IMG/VR virus record: IMGVR_UViG_3300008255_000214
Span: 1-42,480 of that record
Reading direction: 5' to 3' (one strand)
Length of the DNA: 42,480 bases
Origin: a virus
Taxonomy: Duplodnaviria; Caudoviricetes
Shown here: positions 1 through 8,524 of the stretch, in pieces
Layout of the letters: every line of letters starts with the position of its first letter
Position numbering within the stretch: position 1 is the first letter of the stretch
Position numbers and translations under genes: made by a program
Notes under the pieces: generated by a model
Told to the model about the DNA's origin: nothing
Database searches by the model: none
Seen by the model: only the letters and a program-made list of their open reading frames with translations

Positions 1-178
1 CTGGTTTTTCTGGAAGAATGTCAGGCTTTTCATCTTTATTGATGATTGACTCTAACGCTCCCAGTATTTTGTCGTTAGTTTTTTTGACTTCCTCTTTGAA
101 GTCATCCATTTCCTTTTTCAAGGAAAATACATTTGTTGGTTTTGGTTTTTCACCAACATCTTTTGTTTTGTTTTCCAT
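1..178 (-). CDS. Hypothetical protein, N-terminal part (runs off the window start; probably continues at 42480..42205)
   Basis: ATG at 178, open to base 1 (MENKTKDVGEKPKPTNVFSLKKEMDDFKEEV...); a hairpin shared with the scaffold gene lies upstream; not in the ORF track. Confidence 0.7.
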   Translation of the reverse strand, partial: MENKTKDVGEKPKPTNVFSLKKEMDDFKEEVKKTNDKILGALESIINKDEKPDILPEKP

Positions 179-224
179 ACTTTTGTTTTTAACGCCCATT
201 AAGATTAGGCGATTTATTAGTTTA

Positions 225-605
225 TTAACTTTCTAATTGTTTTTTGGCTTCTTCTTCTTTTAACAGCTTTCCTTCATTTTCTTTCATATATTCTTCATAG
301 CTTTCTTCGTCTACTGGATATTCAATAGGGAATACAACCTCTCCGCCAGCTGGAATTGCTTCTTTTGTCTGGACTTTAACCATTTTCCTTATCATAACCA
401 TCTTTTTGCTCTTCACATTTAGGCATTTATCCATTTCTTCATCGTCTGCGAATAGAACAAGTAAGTTATAAAGGTCGCTTCTATTTACTTCGGCTGATTT
501 TCCGCTTATAGTAAACTTGATTTTCTTACAATTTAAAACTTCTGGACTATAATTAGCTTCTATCATTATACCATCCCAATTAAATTTTGCATATTTAGCT
601 ATCAT
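225..605 (-). CDS. Hypothetical protein in head module
   Basis: 126-aa ORF, tightly packed downstream of the portal. Confidence 0.7.
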   Translation of the reverse strand: MIAKYAKFNWDGIMIEANYSPEVLNCKKIKFTISGKSAEVNRSDLYNLLVLFADDEEMDKCLNVKSKKMVMIRKMVKVQTKEAIPAGGEVVFPIEYPVDEESYEEYMKENEGKLLKEEEAKKQLES

Positions 606-825
606 ATTTTCTTGCTTCGTTTTCTAATTCTTTAAAGAAATTAATTAAGTGGTCACGACCTCCTTCAGCTTCGGCTCTTTGCCATATAGTTTCAAACTCT
701 GTTTCTCTTTTTATCGGACCATCTAAATCTAAACTTTTTATATAATCTGCTAAAAACTCTTCAACTACTGGCCATCCAATATGGGTTTGTATTTCTTGTA
801 GTAGTTTTCTTTTATTATTGTCCAT
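595..825 (-). CDS. Small hypothetical protein directly after portal
   Basis: 76-aa ORF starting 1 nt after the portal stop. Confidence 0.7.
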   Translation of the reverse strand: MDNNKRKLLQEIQTHIGWPVVEEFLADYIKSLDLDGPIKRETEFETIWQRAEAEGGRDHLINFFKELENEARKYDS

Positions 826-826
826 A

Positions 827-3043
827 TTATAGCGGTAAGCTTCCCATTGCCTTTGTTTCTGCTCCCTTCATAGCACCCATAGCTTGTTTTAAGGGGTTGC
901 TAATAGAACTTGGAGCTACAATCGTATTACTTGCTCCAGGAGTTGCTGGCATTCCAGGCATTCCGCCCTCTTCTAAGCTGTTCTGGTCTACAAATAAGCT
1001 GTTTTCTGGTTTTTCTTGTTCGGCTGCAGCAATTTCTTCTTTCTCTTTTTGTAATATTTCAGGATTGTTAACTGCTTGTAATAGGTCGTCAAATACCCAA
1101 TTCTCTGGATTTTCGTCATTAATATCTAAAATCTCGTTAAGCGGATGGTATAAAGCAATAGCAACTTCTTTTCCGCCCTCTGGAGTATACATCTCTCCAG
1201 TTTTTGGGTCTACGTGCTGATACCAAAGCGATGCCATCTGTTGAACTACTGGGCTAACTACATTATAAAGTTCTAGCTTCCTTTGTTTTTCTAATTCAGG
1301 GTTAGGACTTATAATTGACTTAGCCTTAATTGTAATTTTACCATCCCATTTAATATTTTCAAGCGGGAATTGCTCGCTTCCCATCTTAAAGAAGCGTCTT
1401 TCAGGGCTTTCAACTAAAGAACCATCTCTATCTTCATCTAAACCGAGGTCAATATCTTGGTAATACTCTCCTTCAATTTCTCCATTTGGTAAGTTTCTTA
1501 ATTTACTTGCTTTTTTATTGCTTTCTTCTTCAAATGCTAATAACTCTTTGCTGTTTGCGAACTTCTTTATCTCTGGAACTGAATACACTTGATTAGCCCA
1601 AGATAGCGTCAGGTAAGCGTCTTGCTCTATAGCCTTAGCAATGTTAAGTAAAGGTATATTTAAACGCTTTAGAGCGGAGTCTTTGGCGTGTAGCACCTCT
1701 CCTAAAGTCTTTCCGCCCACTTCTCCTTCAAGCGTTGGTGTTATTCCAGTGTTGTCATCCATTCTTGCTTTTAAGTGGTCAATCATTTCTGGAGCTCTAC
1801 GGTCATATTCTATTTTTACTTGGTCAATAGTTGTTCCAGGTTTCTTTTGAACCATTTTATCAGGGGAAATTGTTATTTGACTTTCTCCATCCATAAGAGG
1901 TCCAGTATAGAAAATCATTGGGTAAATTGCCATCGTTAACTGGTCAATACTCATATTGGAAAATCTATCGTAAAGCATCTTGTTGTTCTTTATCAGTTCA
2001 AATAATCCAATTCCGTATATTGTTCTTGGGTCACGCTCTAACCAATATGTATACCAAAGTGTTAATTTTCCGTCATCGTTTGGAAGTGGGGAGTAATAAA
2101 GAACAGTGTTTTTCTCTCCAGGAACGCTAATTACATAAAGGTCTTTCTTTTTGTTCTCATAAAAACCAACAGTGACCATATCTTCTCTACTCTTTGTTGC
2201 TGAGTTTAGTCCTTCAGTTCCTTGATTTAAAGTTCCACCCTTAATTGCTTTGGAGTTTTTGTATATTCCGAACTCTTCTTCAAAGTCTTCTAACGAATAA
2301 TCTTTTTCGTAATACCAATCGTTTACTGAAAAAGGGTCAGTTAAATTAGCTTTGTCATCAATCCAAGTGCGATATAAATCAAGCTTCTCTCTGTAAATAT
2401 CGTTGAATTCAATAATCTGTATTTTTTTATACTTATTGTTATCTGGGTTTTCGGTGTCAATCTCTTCTAAAATCTGCTTATCTCTTTTTAAAATACGAGG
2501 AACTGTATGACCGACAGCAAATCCATACTTCGCTAAGTCAAATACAAATAACTTTAAAACTTCTATGCTGTTATTAATTTCCCAGTTTCTTTTCCAAATA
2601 GCCTTTGCAATATTGTTTCTTTTTTCATACTTTTCGCAAGTGGCTTTCATTACAGCTTCAGGGTTCTGGTCTATTAAAATAGAAAGAGCCGTCTGTATCT
2701 TAACTAACAATGTCGGCTCTGAAAGTGTAGAACGCCATTTAGCTTTATCTGCTTCGGTGGTTATATCTACTATTTTTGCATTTGCATTTGTATTTCCTGC
2801 ATCTTCATCTGCTATTGTAACTAGAGTTGAAACTGCACTTGTCGCTAACAGGTCTTTAGGCTTATATTCTCTGTCAGCCTTTTTCATCATTTCCTCAAAG
2901 TTAAAGCCGTCAAGTATATCTAGTTTAGTCTTTTTTAATACAGGAATACGCTTGTCTAAGAATAATATAATCTTTTGCTCCTGTTCTGTAGGTTGATATG
3001 ACTTGACTTCTTTATTTTTGTTGAAGTTTATTAATTTTTTCAT
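827..3043 (-). CDS. Portal protein (podovirus/P22-like)
   Basis: 738 aa, immediately downstream of the large terminase; YGIGLFELIK and MDDNTGITPTLEG segments resemble portal wing/stem; low-complexity C-terminal tail. Confidence 0.8.
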   Translation of the reverse strand: MKKLINFNKNKEVKSYQPTEQEQKIILFLDKRIPVLKKTKLDILDGFNFEEMMKKADREYKPKDLLATSAVSTLVTIADEDAGNTNANAKIVDITTEADKAKWRSTLSEPTLLVKIQTALSILIDQNPEAVMKATCEKYEKRNNIAKAIWKRNWEINNSIEVLKLFVFDLAKYGFAVGHTVPRILKRDKQILEEIDTENPDNNKYKKIQIIEFNDIYREKLDLYRTWIDDKANLTDPFSVNDWYYEKDYSLEDFEEEFGIYKNSKAIKGGTLNQGTEGLNSATKSREDMVTVGFYENKKKDLYVISVPGEKNTVLYYSPLPNDDGKLTLWYTYWLERDPRTIYGIGLFELIKNNKMLYDRFSNMSIDQLTMAIYPMIFYTGPLMDGESQITISPDKMVQKKPGTTIDQVKIEYDRRAPEMIDHLKARMDDNTGITPTLEGEVGGKTLGEVLHAKDSALKRLNIPLLNIAKAIEQDAYLTLSWANQVYSVPEIKKFANSKELLAFEEESNKKASKLRNLPNGEIEGEYYQDIDLGLDEDRDGSLVESPERRFFKMGSEQFPLENIKWDGKITIKAKSIISPNPELEKQRKLELYNVVSPVVQQMASLWYQHVDPKTGEMYTPEGGKEVAIALYHPLNEILDINDENPENWVFDDLLQAVNNPEILQKEKEEIAAAEQEKPENSLFVDQNSLEEGGMPGMPATPGASNTIVAPSSISNPLKQAMGAMKGAETKAMGSLPL

Positions 3044-3063
3044 TTTAAGAGTTTGGCGTCCTC

Positions 3064-4737
3064 TTAGTAATAATTTATTTGTTGTATACTATCTGATTGA
3101 CTTTCTAATTTCTTTTTAGCTAATCTTGCCATTACTCTTTCTTCTACTGATTTTGGTTTAGCTGTTAGGTTTTCAAATTGAGCTGGAACATTGTTTCTTA
3201 CAAAGTGGCAAATACCTGTTGAAATAACTTCGTCATCGTGTTTGCCCTCTGCAGCTTCTGGTCTACCTTGGTCGTTTCTTATAAATGTTAATGCTTCATT
3301 TAGGAAAGGCTTTGTCCATATTCCTAAATTGTTATTCACTTCTACTAGTAAATTATCAAGCATTACTTTTCTACCTTGACTTCCTGTTCCAGTGTGATAA
3401 CCAAGTTTCTTTCCTACTGCGTGAACTGTATCGTCAACTTGTTCTCTCCAGTAAAGGTTTGGATAATTGTATTTTTCATTTAACTCGGTTAAAACCCAAA
3501 GCCCTGTGTTGCTTTCTACTGCCAAGTAAGCCTTATTATACCATAGTCCAAGTTCGTTTAGAACTTCCGCATAATCGTCTGGGCGCATCTTGTTAGAATT
3601 AAAGCCAAACGCTGGCATTGCTGTTTTGTTGTTAATCCCATTCGCTGAACTGCTGTCGTTGTTCTTCCCCTCAGCAACATCGGCTCCTATAACATAGTAA
3701 ATGAACTCTTGTGGCTTCTCGTATATTTTTAAATCACCATCCAAGTAATAATTATACAGCTTATCAGGAATTTCATTAATTTTAATTTCTATCGGTTCTG
3801 GTGCTAAAGCTATTTGTTCAATTAATCTTTCTTTGTTGAAGAATGTATTACCACTGGCTACAAACGACTCTTCTGGTGTATTGGGATATTCTTGGTGCAT
3901 CTTGTCCCAATCTTTCTTTAGACCCAACCATTTAAAATAGTAATATGTAATTTCTAAATCGCTGTATCCGTAAAGTTCCTGTGTTTCCTTAAACTTCTTG
4001 CCCTCGTCCATTTCTGCTGTTGGTATAGCTTTTTCTATTTTTAAAATCTCTTCTTTATCCCAAGTCCAGTTATAAAAGTGTGCTGTAAACTCTGTTGGGA
4101 GTGCTGGGCGTTTCCTATTCCAAGCTTCAGTAAACATTTCGTAAAATATTCCATCCATTCCCTCGGCTGTACTTTCTATATCTATTCTGCCTTCAATCGG
4201 AACAGCTGGGAAAGTTCCCGAAATTATCTCATCGGCTCTTGCAGGGTATTTTCGGCATAATTTAGCTAGCTCTGAGACGTGGACTCGGTTGTAAGTTCCA
4301 GAACGACCAGAGTTGGCAACAATAAAGGTGCTAAACTCTCCATCTCCAAATCCAAACTTTAACTTGTTTGAACTCTCTGCATCTACCTGATAAAGACCTG
4401 TTAAATCTTTATCTAAGTTCTGCCAAGCAAATGAAACTTTCTTGTCAAATATCTCTGTTGCATCTTCTTTAGTGTGGGCAATAAACAGGGCGGAAAAATT
4501 AGAATTGAAAAGAACATCATCTAGGGTGTCAATACTTTCGTCTGTTGTAAAGCCAAGCTGTCTTGACTTTAGGATTATATTTCTATTTGTCTTCTTAATT
4601 TGGAAATCTCTTTGTGCTTCGTTTCTTTGGAACTTTATTTTCTGTAAATCTTTGTTGACAATCTTATATAAATTATTTACCCTCCAATCTTTACTCAGCA
4701 GGTTCTTCCCCATCTCTATTGTCTTCATCTCCGACAT
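3064..4737 (-). CDS. terL: Terminase large subunit
   Basis: Walker A ILKSRQLGFTT, Walker B VHVSE, coupling motif IESTAEG, RNase H-like GADVAEG and HDDEV. Confidence 0.95.
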   Translation of the reverse strand: MSEMKTIEMGKNLLSKDWRVNNLYKIVNKDLQKIKFQRNEAQRDFQIKKTNRNIILKSRQLGFTTDESIDTLDDVLFNSNFSALFIAHTKEDATEIFDKKVSFAWQNLDKDLTGLYQVDAESSNKLKFGFGDGEFSTFIVANSGRSGTYNRVHVSELAKLCRKYPARADEIISGTFPAVPIEGRIDIESTAEGMDGIFYEMFTEAWNRKRPALPTEFTAHFYNWTWDKEEILKIEKAIPTAEMDEGKKFKETQELYGYSDLEITYYYFKWLGLKKDWDKMHQEYPNTPEESFVASGNTFFNKERLIEQIALAPEPIEIKINEIPDKLYNYYLDGDLKIYEKPQEFIYYVIGADVAEGKNNDSSSANGINNKTAMPAFGFNSNKMRPDDYAEVLNELGLWYNKAYLAVESNTGLWVLTELNEKYNYPNLYWREQVDDTVHAVGKKLGYHTGTGSQGRKVMLDNLLVEVNNNLGIWTKPFLNEALTFIRNDQGRPEAAEGKHDDEVISTGICHFVRNNVPAQFENLTAKPKSVEERVMARLAKKKLESQSDSIQQINYY

Positions 4738-5227
4738 AGTTGTTTCTTAATTTATTTAGGAGTCCAGATATGGTTAAAGTTCCCTCAACCGCAATATTCT
4801 GTTTCGCTTTTCCAAATACTCTGTCAACTAAACTATCCAATGCTTTATTATCAGGCTTCTCTGTTGTCATAAAGTAGTAGTCGCATTCTTCCCTGTCATC
4901 AAACTCTCCTGCCAAGAAGCTTGCTATTTCTTTTTCGTCTTTTACAATTTCAGGCTTCGCACCTTTAGGAACAACATACTTATCTTCTTTCTCTACGTAA
5001 ATCTTCTTTATTTTAAATAAATACTGGCATCCTCTTGCTAAATTCATTTGGGAGTCCACTATCTTTTCAATGCTGTCTAAAACTCTCTGCTTAAAATAAT
5101 TCTCAGCTTCTACTCTCTCTCTTGTCTTTTTTGTCTTCATTCCCTTGGGCATTCCTGCTCCTGGACGCTTTCCACCCCACTTTGATTGTTTTTTCAAGGT
5201 TTCAAGGTTGTTATTTTCTTTTGTCAT
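4691..5227 (-). CDS. Probable terminase small subunit
   Basis: Overlaps the terL start; N-terminal GGKRPGAGMPKG and C-terminal DRVFGKAKQ motifs typical of small DNA-packaging proteins. Confidence 0.65.
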   Translation of the reverse strand: MTKENNNLETLKKQSKWGGKRPGAGMPKGMKTKKTRERVEAENYFKQRVLDSIEKIVDSQMNLARGCQYLFKIKKIYVEKEDKYVVPKGAKPEIVKDEKEIASFLAGEFDDREECDYYFMTTEKPDNKALDSLVDRVFGKAKQNIAVEGTLTISGLLNKLRNNYVGDEDNRDGEEPAE

Positions 5228-5432
5228 ACTGCTTATTTAATTGCTCTATAACTTCAAGTAAATCTTTAATTACTATTTCTGGTTCTACACTAACAATTTC
5301 TATTTTTTGTTCGTCTTTAAATAATAGCTGTTTCTTTAACTCTTCTAAAAACTTTTCTCTCCACTCTTTTGCACTAGAAAACTTATTATCGTTTAGGTAT
5401 AGCCATTCAAGTATTTTGTAATATTCTCTCAT
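5211..5432 (-). CDS. Hypothetical protein
   Basis: 73-aa ORF overlapping the next gene. Confidence 0.6.
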   Translation of the reverse strand: MREYYKILEWLYLNDNKFSSAKEWREKFLEELKKQLLFKDEQKIEIVSVEPEIVIKDLLEVIEQLNKQYDKRK

Positions 5433-5434
5433 AT

Positions 5435-5602
5435 CTATTTAAATAATTTGTAGATTTCTTTTAATTCTTCTATTATCTCTTTCTTTGTGGCTTTCTTGTT
5501 TTCTAAAATGCTTTCAATTTTAAGCTTTACTCCTCTTGCCCAATGATAAAAAATGTTTTTGTCTTCTAATATCAATTTTAGAATTAACTTCTTTTCTTTC
5601 AT
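5435..5602 (-). CDS. Hypothetical protein (55 aa, not in ORF track)
   Basis: MKEKKLILKLILEDKNIFYHWARGVKLKIESIL...KLFK*; fills the gap and stops 2 nt before the next ATG. Confidence 0.6.
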   Translation of the reverse strand: MKEKKLILKLILEDKNIFYHWARGVKLKIESILENKKATKKEIIEELKEIYKLFK

Positions 5603-5685
5603 ATTTTTTAATCATTATTCCCACCACTGAAAGTTCAGTGATGAGTTTACGCTAATCCACCATCTTGCGATGATGGGAATAAGGA

Positions 5686-6087
5686 CTAAGCTCTTTTTAT
5701 AAAAAATAACGCATCTTTTAAACTTAATATGTTCCCATACATCTTTCCGCTAAGTGATTGTGAAAAAAACATTAAATACCTTGCTCTTTGATTTCTATCT
5801 TTTATATTCTTTAAAACCCATCTATATTGCTCTTGGTAGGCTTCTAGTTCTTGGCTTGTTCTAAATTCTGGGTCTGTAAAATACTTTTCCCACCATTCTT
5901 TCCATCCTGATTGTTGTTGTTTGATGTGAACTTTTTCGTGTTCTAATAAGTCTGGTGAGATTTCCTCTTTACTGTAAATTGTATCGCCTACTGTGAATGT
6001 TGTTCCTTTTTCAAAATCTATTCCAAATAATTCAACTGCTCTATCGTATATTTCTTTTGGTGGCAATTCTCTTGAAGTTTTAAACAT
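5686..6087 (-). CDS. Zincin-like (HExxH) putative metallopeptidase, DUF4157-like
   Basis: LLEHEKVHIKQQ and downstream ELEAY; start moved to ATG 6087 because the longer ORF overlaps the tRNA. Confidence 0.6.
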   Translation of the reverse strand: MFKTSRELPPKEIYDRAVELFGIDFEKGTTFTVGDTIYSKEEISPDLLEHEKVHIKQQQSGWKEWWEKYFTDPEFRTSQELEAYQEQYRWVLKNIKDRNQRARYLMFFSQSLSGKMYGNILSLKDALFFIKRA

Positions 6088-6174
6088 AATTTCATTTTTA
6101 TCCAAAATTGCTTCCGCTGATTGTTTCGGCTGAAGCATTTTTACAAAAAAACTATTCCAGAATTTCATCATAAG

Positions 6175-6246
6175 TTGCAGGGGTTGGATTTGAACCAACG
6201 ACCTCTTGCTTATGAAACAAGCGAGCTTCCACTGCTCTACCCTGCC
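6175..6246 (-). tRNA. tRNA-Met(CAU), initiator-like, CCA not encoded
   Basis: GGCAGGG TA GAGC AGTGGAA GCTC G CTTGT TTCATAA GCAAG AGGTC GTTGG TTCAAAT CCAAC CCCTGCA A forms a complete cloverleaf. Confidence 0.93.
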
Positions 6247-6274
6247 ATAGCCCTTGTTTTAGGGCTTCCCTGTG

Positions 6275-6310
6275 TTATTTTTTTGGTTTTCTTTTTCCAC
6301 CACAAGGCAT
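6275..6310 (-). CDS. Possible 11-aa basic micropeptide MPCGGKRKPKK
   Basis: ATG..TAA preceded by AAAAAT, the same A-rich start context as real genes here. Confidence 0.3.
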   Translation of the reverse strand: MPCGGKRKPKK

Positions 6311-6448
6311 ATTTTTGCAATTATTTATAAAAAGGTTTGCACCCCAGCCGAAGCCAGAGAGCCGTCCGCAACGGAGGAATTTTATTGTTCTTGCCATTCA
6401 GCAAAGTTTACGAGAACTAGGAACAATAAAGTCTTTTAACCTATTTAT

Positions 6449-6477
6449 AGTATACCTCTTTTTTAAAATAAAAGCAA
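6449..6477 (-). promoter_or_regulatory. Leftward sigma70-type promoter (tRNA/packaging arm)
   Basis: Minus strand TTGCTT-N17-TATACT. Confidence 0.75.
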
Positions 6478-6515
6478 GCGTTTTTTGGCTCCTAATTCAT
6501 TGGCTTTTCTAGGGC

Positions 6516-6544
6516 TTGCTTTTTTTTCTAAAATACGCTATAAT
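6516..6544 (+). promoter_or_regulatory. Rightward sigma70-type promoter (replication arm)
   Basis: TTGCTT-N17-TATAAT; near-duplicate at 12656-12684. Confidence 0.8.
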
Positions 6545-6658
6545 ATAAGCGTTGGTTTAAAATATCACCCAAAAATAAAAAGTCAATAGAAGAACTCTGC
6601 TAGGACATAATATTAAATGGGGTGATACCAACATATTATATCTTAACAGAGTTTTTTT

Positions 6659-6916
6659 ATGATTAATCAAACAACAAGGAAAAACATTTACTCTTGTATT
6701 GAAACTCAAATGGGACCAATACCTAAAGGCTTAAAGGGTATTATTTCAAAATTATTAAAAGAATACGCCCAATCTCATAACAGGTGTTTAACTAAAATGA
6801 ATAACGACTTATTAATAATAGTGAACAGACAAAATAGAACTATAGACGCATTAAAAAATAGACCTGTTCGCCCTTTACATACAACCAGTAATATAAAAAG
6901 GGAATTAATATCATAA
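6659..6916 (+). CDS. Hypothetical protein
   Basis: 85-aa ORF, first gene after the rightward promoter. Confidence 0.55.
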   Translation: MINQTTRKNIYSCIETQMGPIPKGLKGIISKLLKEYAQSHNRCLTKMNNDLLIIVNRQNRTIDALKNRPVRPLHTTSNIKRELIS

Positions 6917-6918
6917 AT

Positions 6919-7242
6919 ATGAGCGTTAATAAAATGTTAAAACTAGAAACACTGCATAGAGATAAATATATTTGTCAATATTGTGGGGAAAATTTGATAT
7001 TAGAAAATATTGAAGATATACATCTTGACCATTTTGTTTCTAAAATAAATGGAGGGAAAAATGAAATTGAAAATATGAAAACTTCTTGTAAAAGATGTAA
7101 TTGTTCTAAAAATTATAAAGATATAGAAATTTGGCGTTCTGAACTTATAAAGAAATTTAATAAAAACATAAGTTATTTGAATAGTTATGGTTTTAATTTC
7201 AAAATTGTAAAAGATTATAAATTCTATTTTGAAAGAAAATAA
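6919..7242 (+). CDS. HNH endonuclease
   Basis: RDKYICQYCG...HLDHFVSKINGGKNEIENMKTSCKRCNCSK. Confidence 0.9.
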   Translation: MSVNKMLKLETLHRDKYICQYCGENLILENIEDIHLDHFVSKINGGKNEIENMKTSCKRCNCSKNYKDIEIWRSELIKKFNKNISYLNSYGFNFKIVKDYKFYFERK

Positions 7243-7243
7243 T

Positions 7244-8104
7244 ATGAAAGAAACATTTTATTTCTCACACGACTATAACGCACAGCACGATGAAAAGATA
7301 ATAAAACTTATGTCTAAATTAGGTTGGGAAGGATACGGTCTTTATTGGGGAATTATTGAAAGATTATATAGCTCAGATGGATATTTGGAATATGATTGCG
7401 ATACCTTAGCGTTCGGTATGCGTTCGCATAGCGAAAAGGTAAAAAGCATTATAGAAGACTTTGGTCTATTTAAAAAAACTAACTCTAATTTCTTTTCTAC
7501 TTCTGTTTTAAAAAGAATAAAACAAAGAAAAGGCATAAGCGAAGCTAACCGTCAAAACGCCTTAAAGAGATGGAAAAATAATAACGATGCGAATACTAGT
7601 CGCATAGGTTTCGCATCCGATGCGAAATCGTTTCGCATAAAAGTTGACGCCAAAAACGAAAATAATAAAAATTACGAAAGCCAAAATCAAAACGAAGATG
7701 AGCCAAAAAAAGAGCATACGACCGCTATGCCATCGCAAAGCGACCCCTATGCTATTAAATTAAAGGAAATTAAATTAAAGGAAATTAAATTAATTAATAG
7801 CAAACAAGGTTTGCAGCAAAAAGAAAATCCTAATATAAACTTAGTAATGGAAAAGTTTTATGAATTTAATCCAGGACTAAACTTCGGAAACAAAACTCAA
7901 AGAAAAGCAACAGAAGATTTAATTAAAAAGTTCAGCTTAGAAAAACTTATAGGAATGGTTGACTGGTATAAAACAAAAATGTCTGATAAGTATTGCCCAA
8001 CAGCAACCACGCCATTAGCTTTTAAAGAAAAAATTGGTGATATAAAGGTCTACGCCGATAAACTTAAAAATAATAATATAGTCAATGACTTAGGAAACAT
8101 ATGA
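7244..8104 (+). CDS. Phage replication initiator-like protein (DUF4373/Lin1244-type N-terminus)
   Basis: YFSHDYNA...LGWEGYGLYWGIIE N-terminal domain, RQNALKRW motif, low-complexity linker encoding iterons; start moved to ATG 7244. Confidence 0.75.
   Translation: MKETFYFSHDYNAQHDEKIIKLMSKLGWEGYGLYWGIIERLYSSDGYLEYDCDTLAFGMRSHSEKVKSIIEDFGLFKKTNSNFFSTSVLKRIKQRKGISEANRQNALKRWKNNNDANTSRIGFASDAKSFRIKVDAKNENNKNYESQNQNEDEPKKEHTTAMPSQSDPYAIKLKEIKLKEIKLINSKQGLQQKENPNINLVMEKFYEFNPGLNFGNKTQRKATEDLIKKFSLEKLIGMVDWYKTKMSDKYCPTATTPLAFKEKIGDIKVYADKLKNNNIVNDLGNI
7587..7793. repeat. Putative replication origin: iterons plus AT-rich tandem repeat
   Basis: Five TCGCAT/ATGCGA copies at 7587-7638 including palindrome TTTCGCATC-C-GATGCGAAA (7609-7627); CGACCSCTATGC twice; ATTAAATTAAAGGAA about 2.7 times at 7754-7793. 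Confidence 0.7.
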
Positions 8105-8520
8105 AATACTTTGTAATCTATAAGGGATCTAATGAAAAAGAACTCGTGCCAGAAGTTGTAGCTAATGCTCTGTTTGAAGCAAAATCTCCAAAAATAGCTT
8201 GGAATGGAGAATTAGGAAGAAAACAAATAGACCTTGCCACCGTAGGAAGAATAGTTCCTGAAGAAGAGTATTACTTAAGCCATCCCTTAGAAAGACCCAA
8301 TAAACCTATTGAAAATATATTGCCACCTATAAAATACTACAACAAAAACGAAAGAATTAATGCTGTTCAAAGTTTAATAAAAGGTATGGAGAGGTTTGTT
8401 AGGGAAAATCCAAACGCAAAAAAATCAAAGGCTCTTTTAGAAAAGATGAAAAAAAGAGAAGAAAGGTTCAAATCAGAACCTGAACAAAAAACAACAATTA
8501 AAAATATAATTAAATTCTAA
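8101..8520 (+). CDS. Hypothetical protein, coupled to the initiator gene
   Basis: ATGA overlap with the upstream gene; 139 aa. Confidence 0.7.
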   Translation: MKYFVIYKGSNEKELVPEVVANALFEAKSPKIAWNGELGRKQIDLATVGRIVPEEEYYLSHPLERPNKPIENILPPIKYYNKNERINAVQSLIKGMERFVRENPNAKKSKALLEKMKKREERFKSEPEQKTTIKNIIKF

Positions 8521-8524
8521 AATT

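Noticed and set aside
897-4750. Plus-strand ORFs opposite portal and terminase (and similar antisense ORFs elsewhere)
   Set aside because: Shadow ORFs opposite well-supported genes, rich in F/S/L as expected from reversed K/E codons
6088-6330. N-terminal extension of ORF 5686..6198 and plus-strand ORF 6121..6330
   Set aside because: They overlap the tRNA; the translations are tRNA shadow sequence
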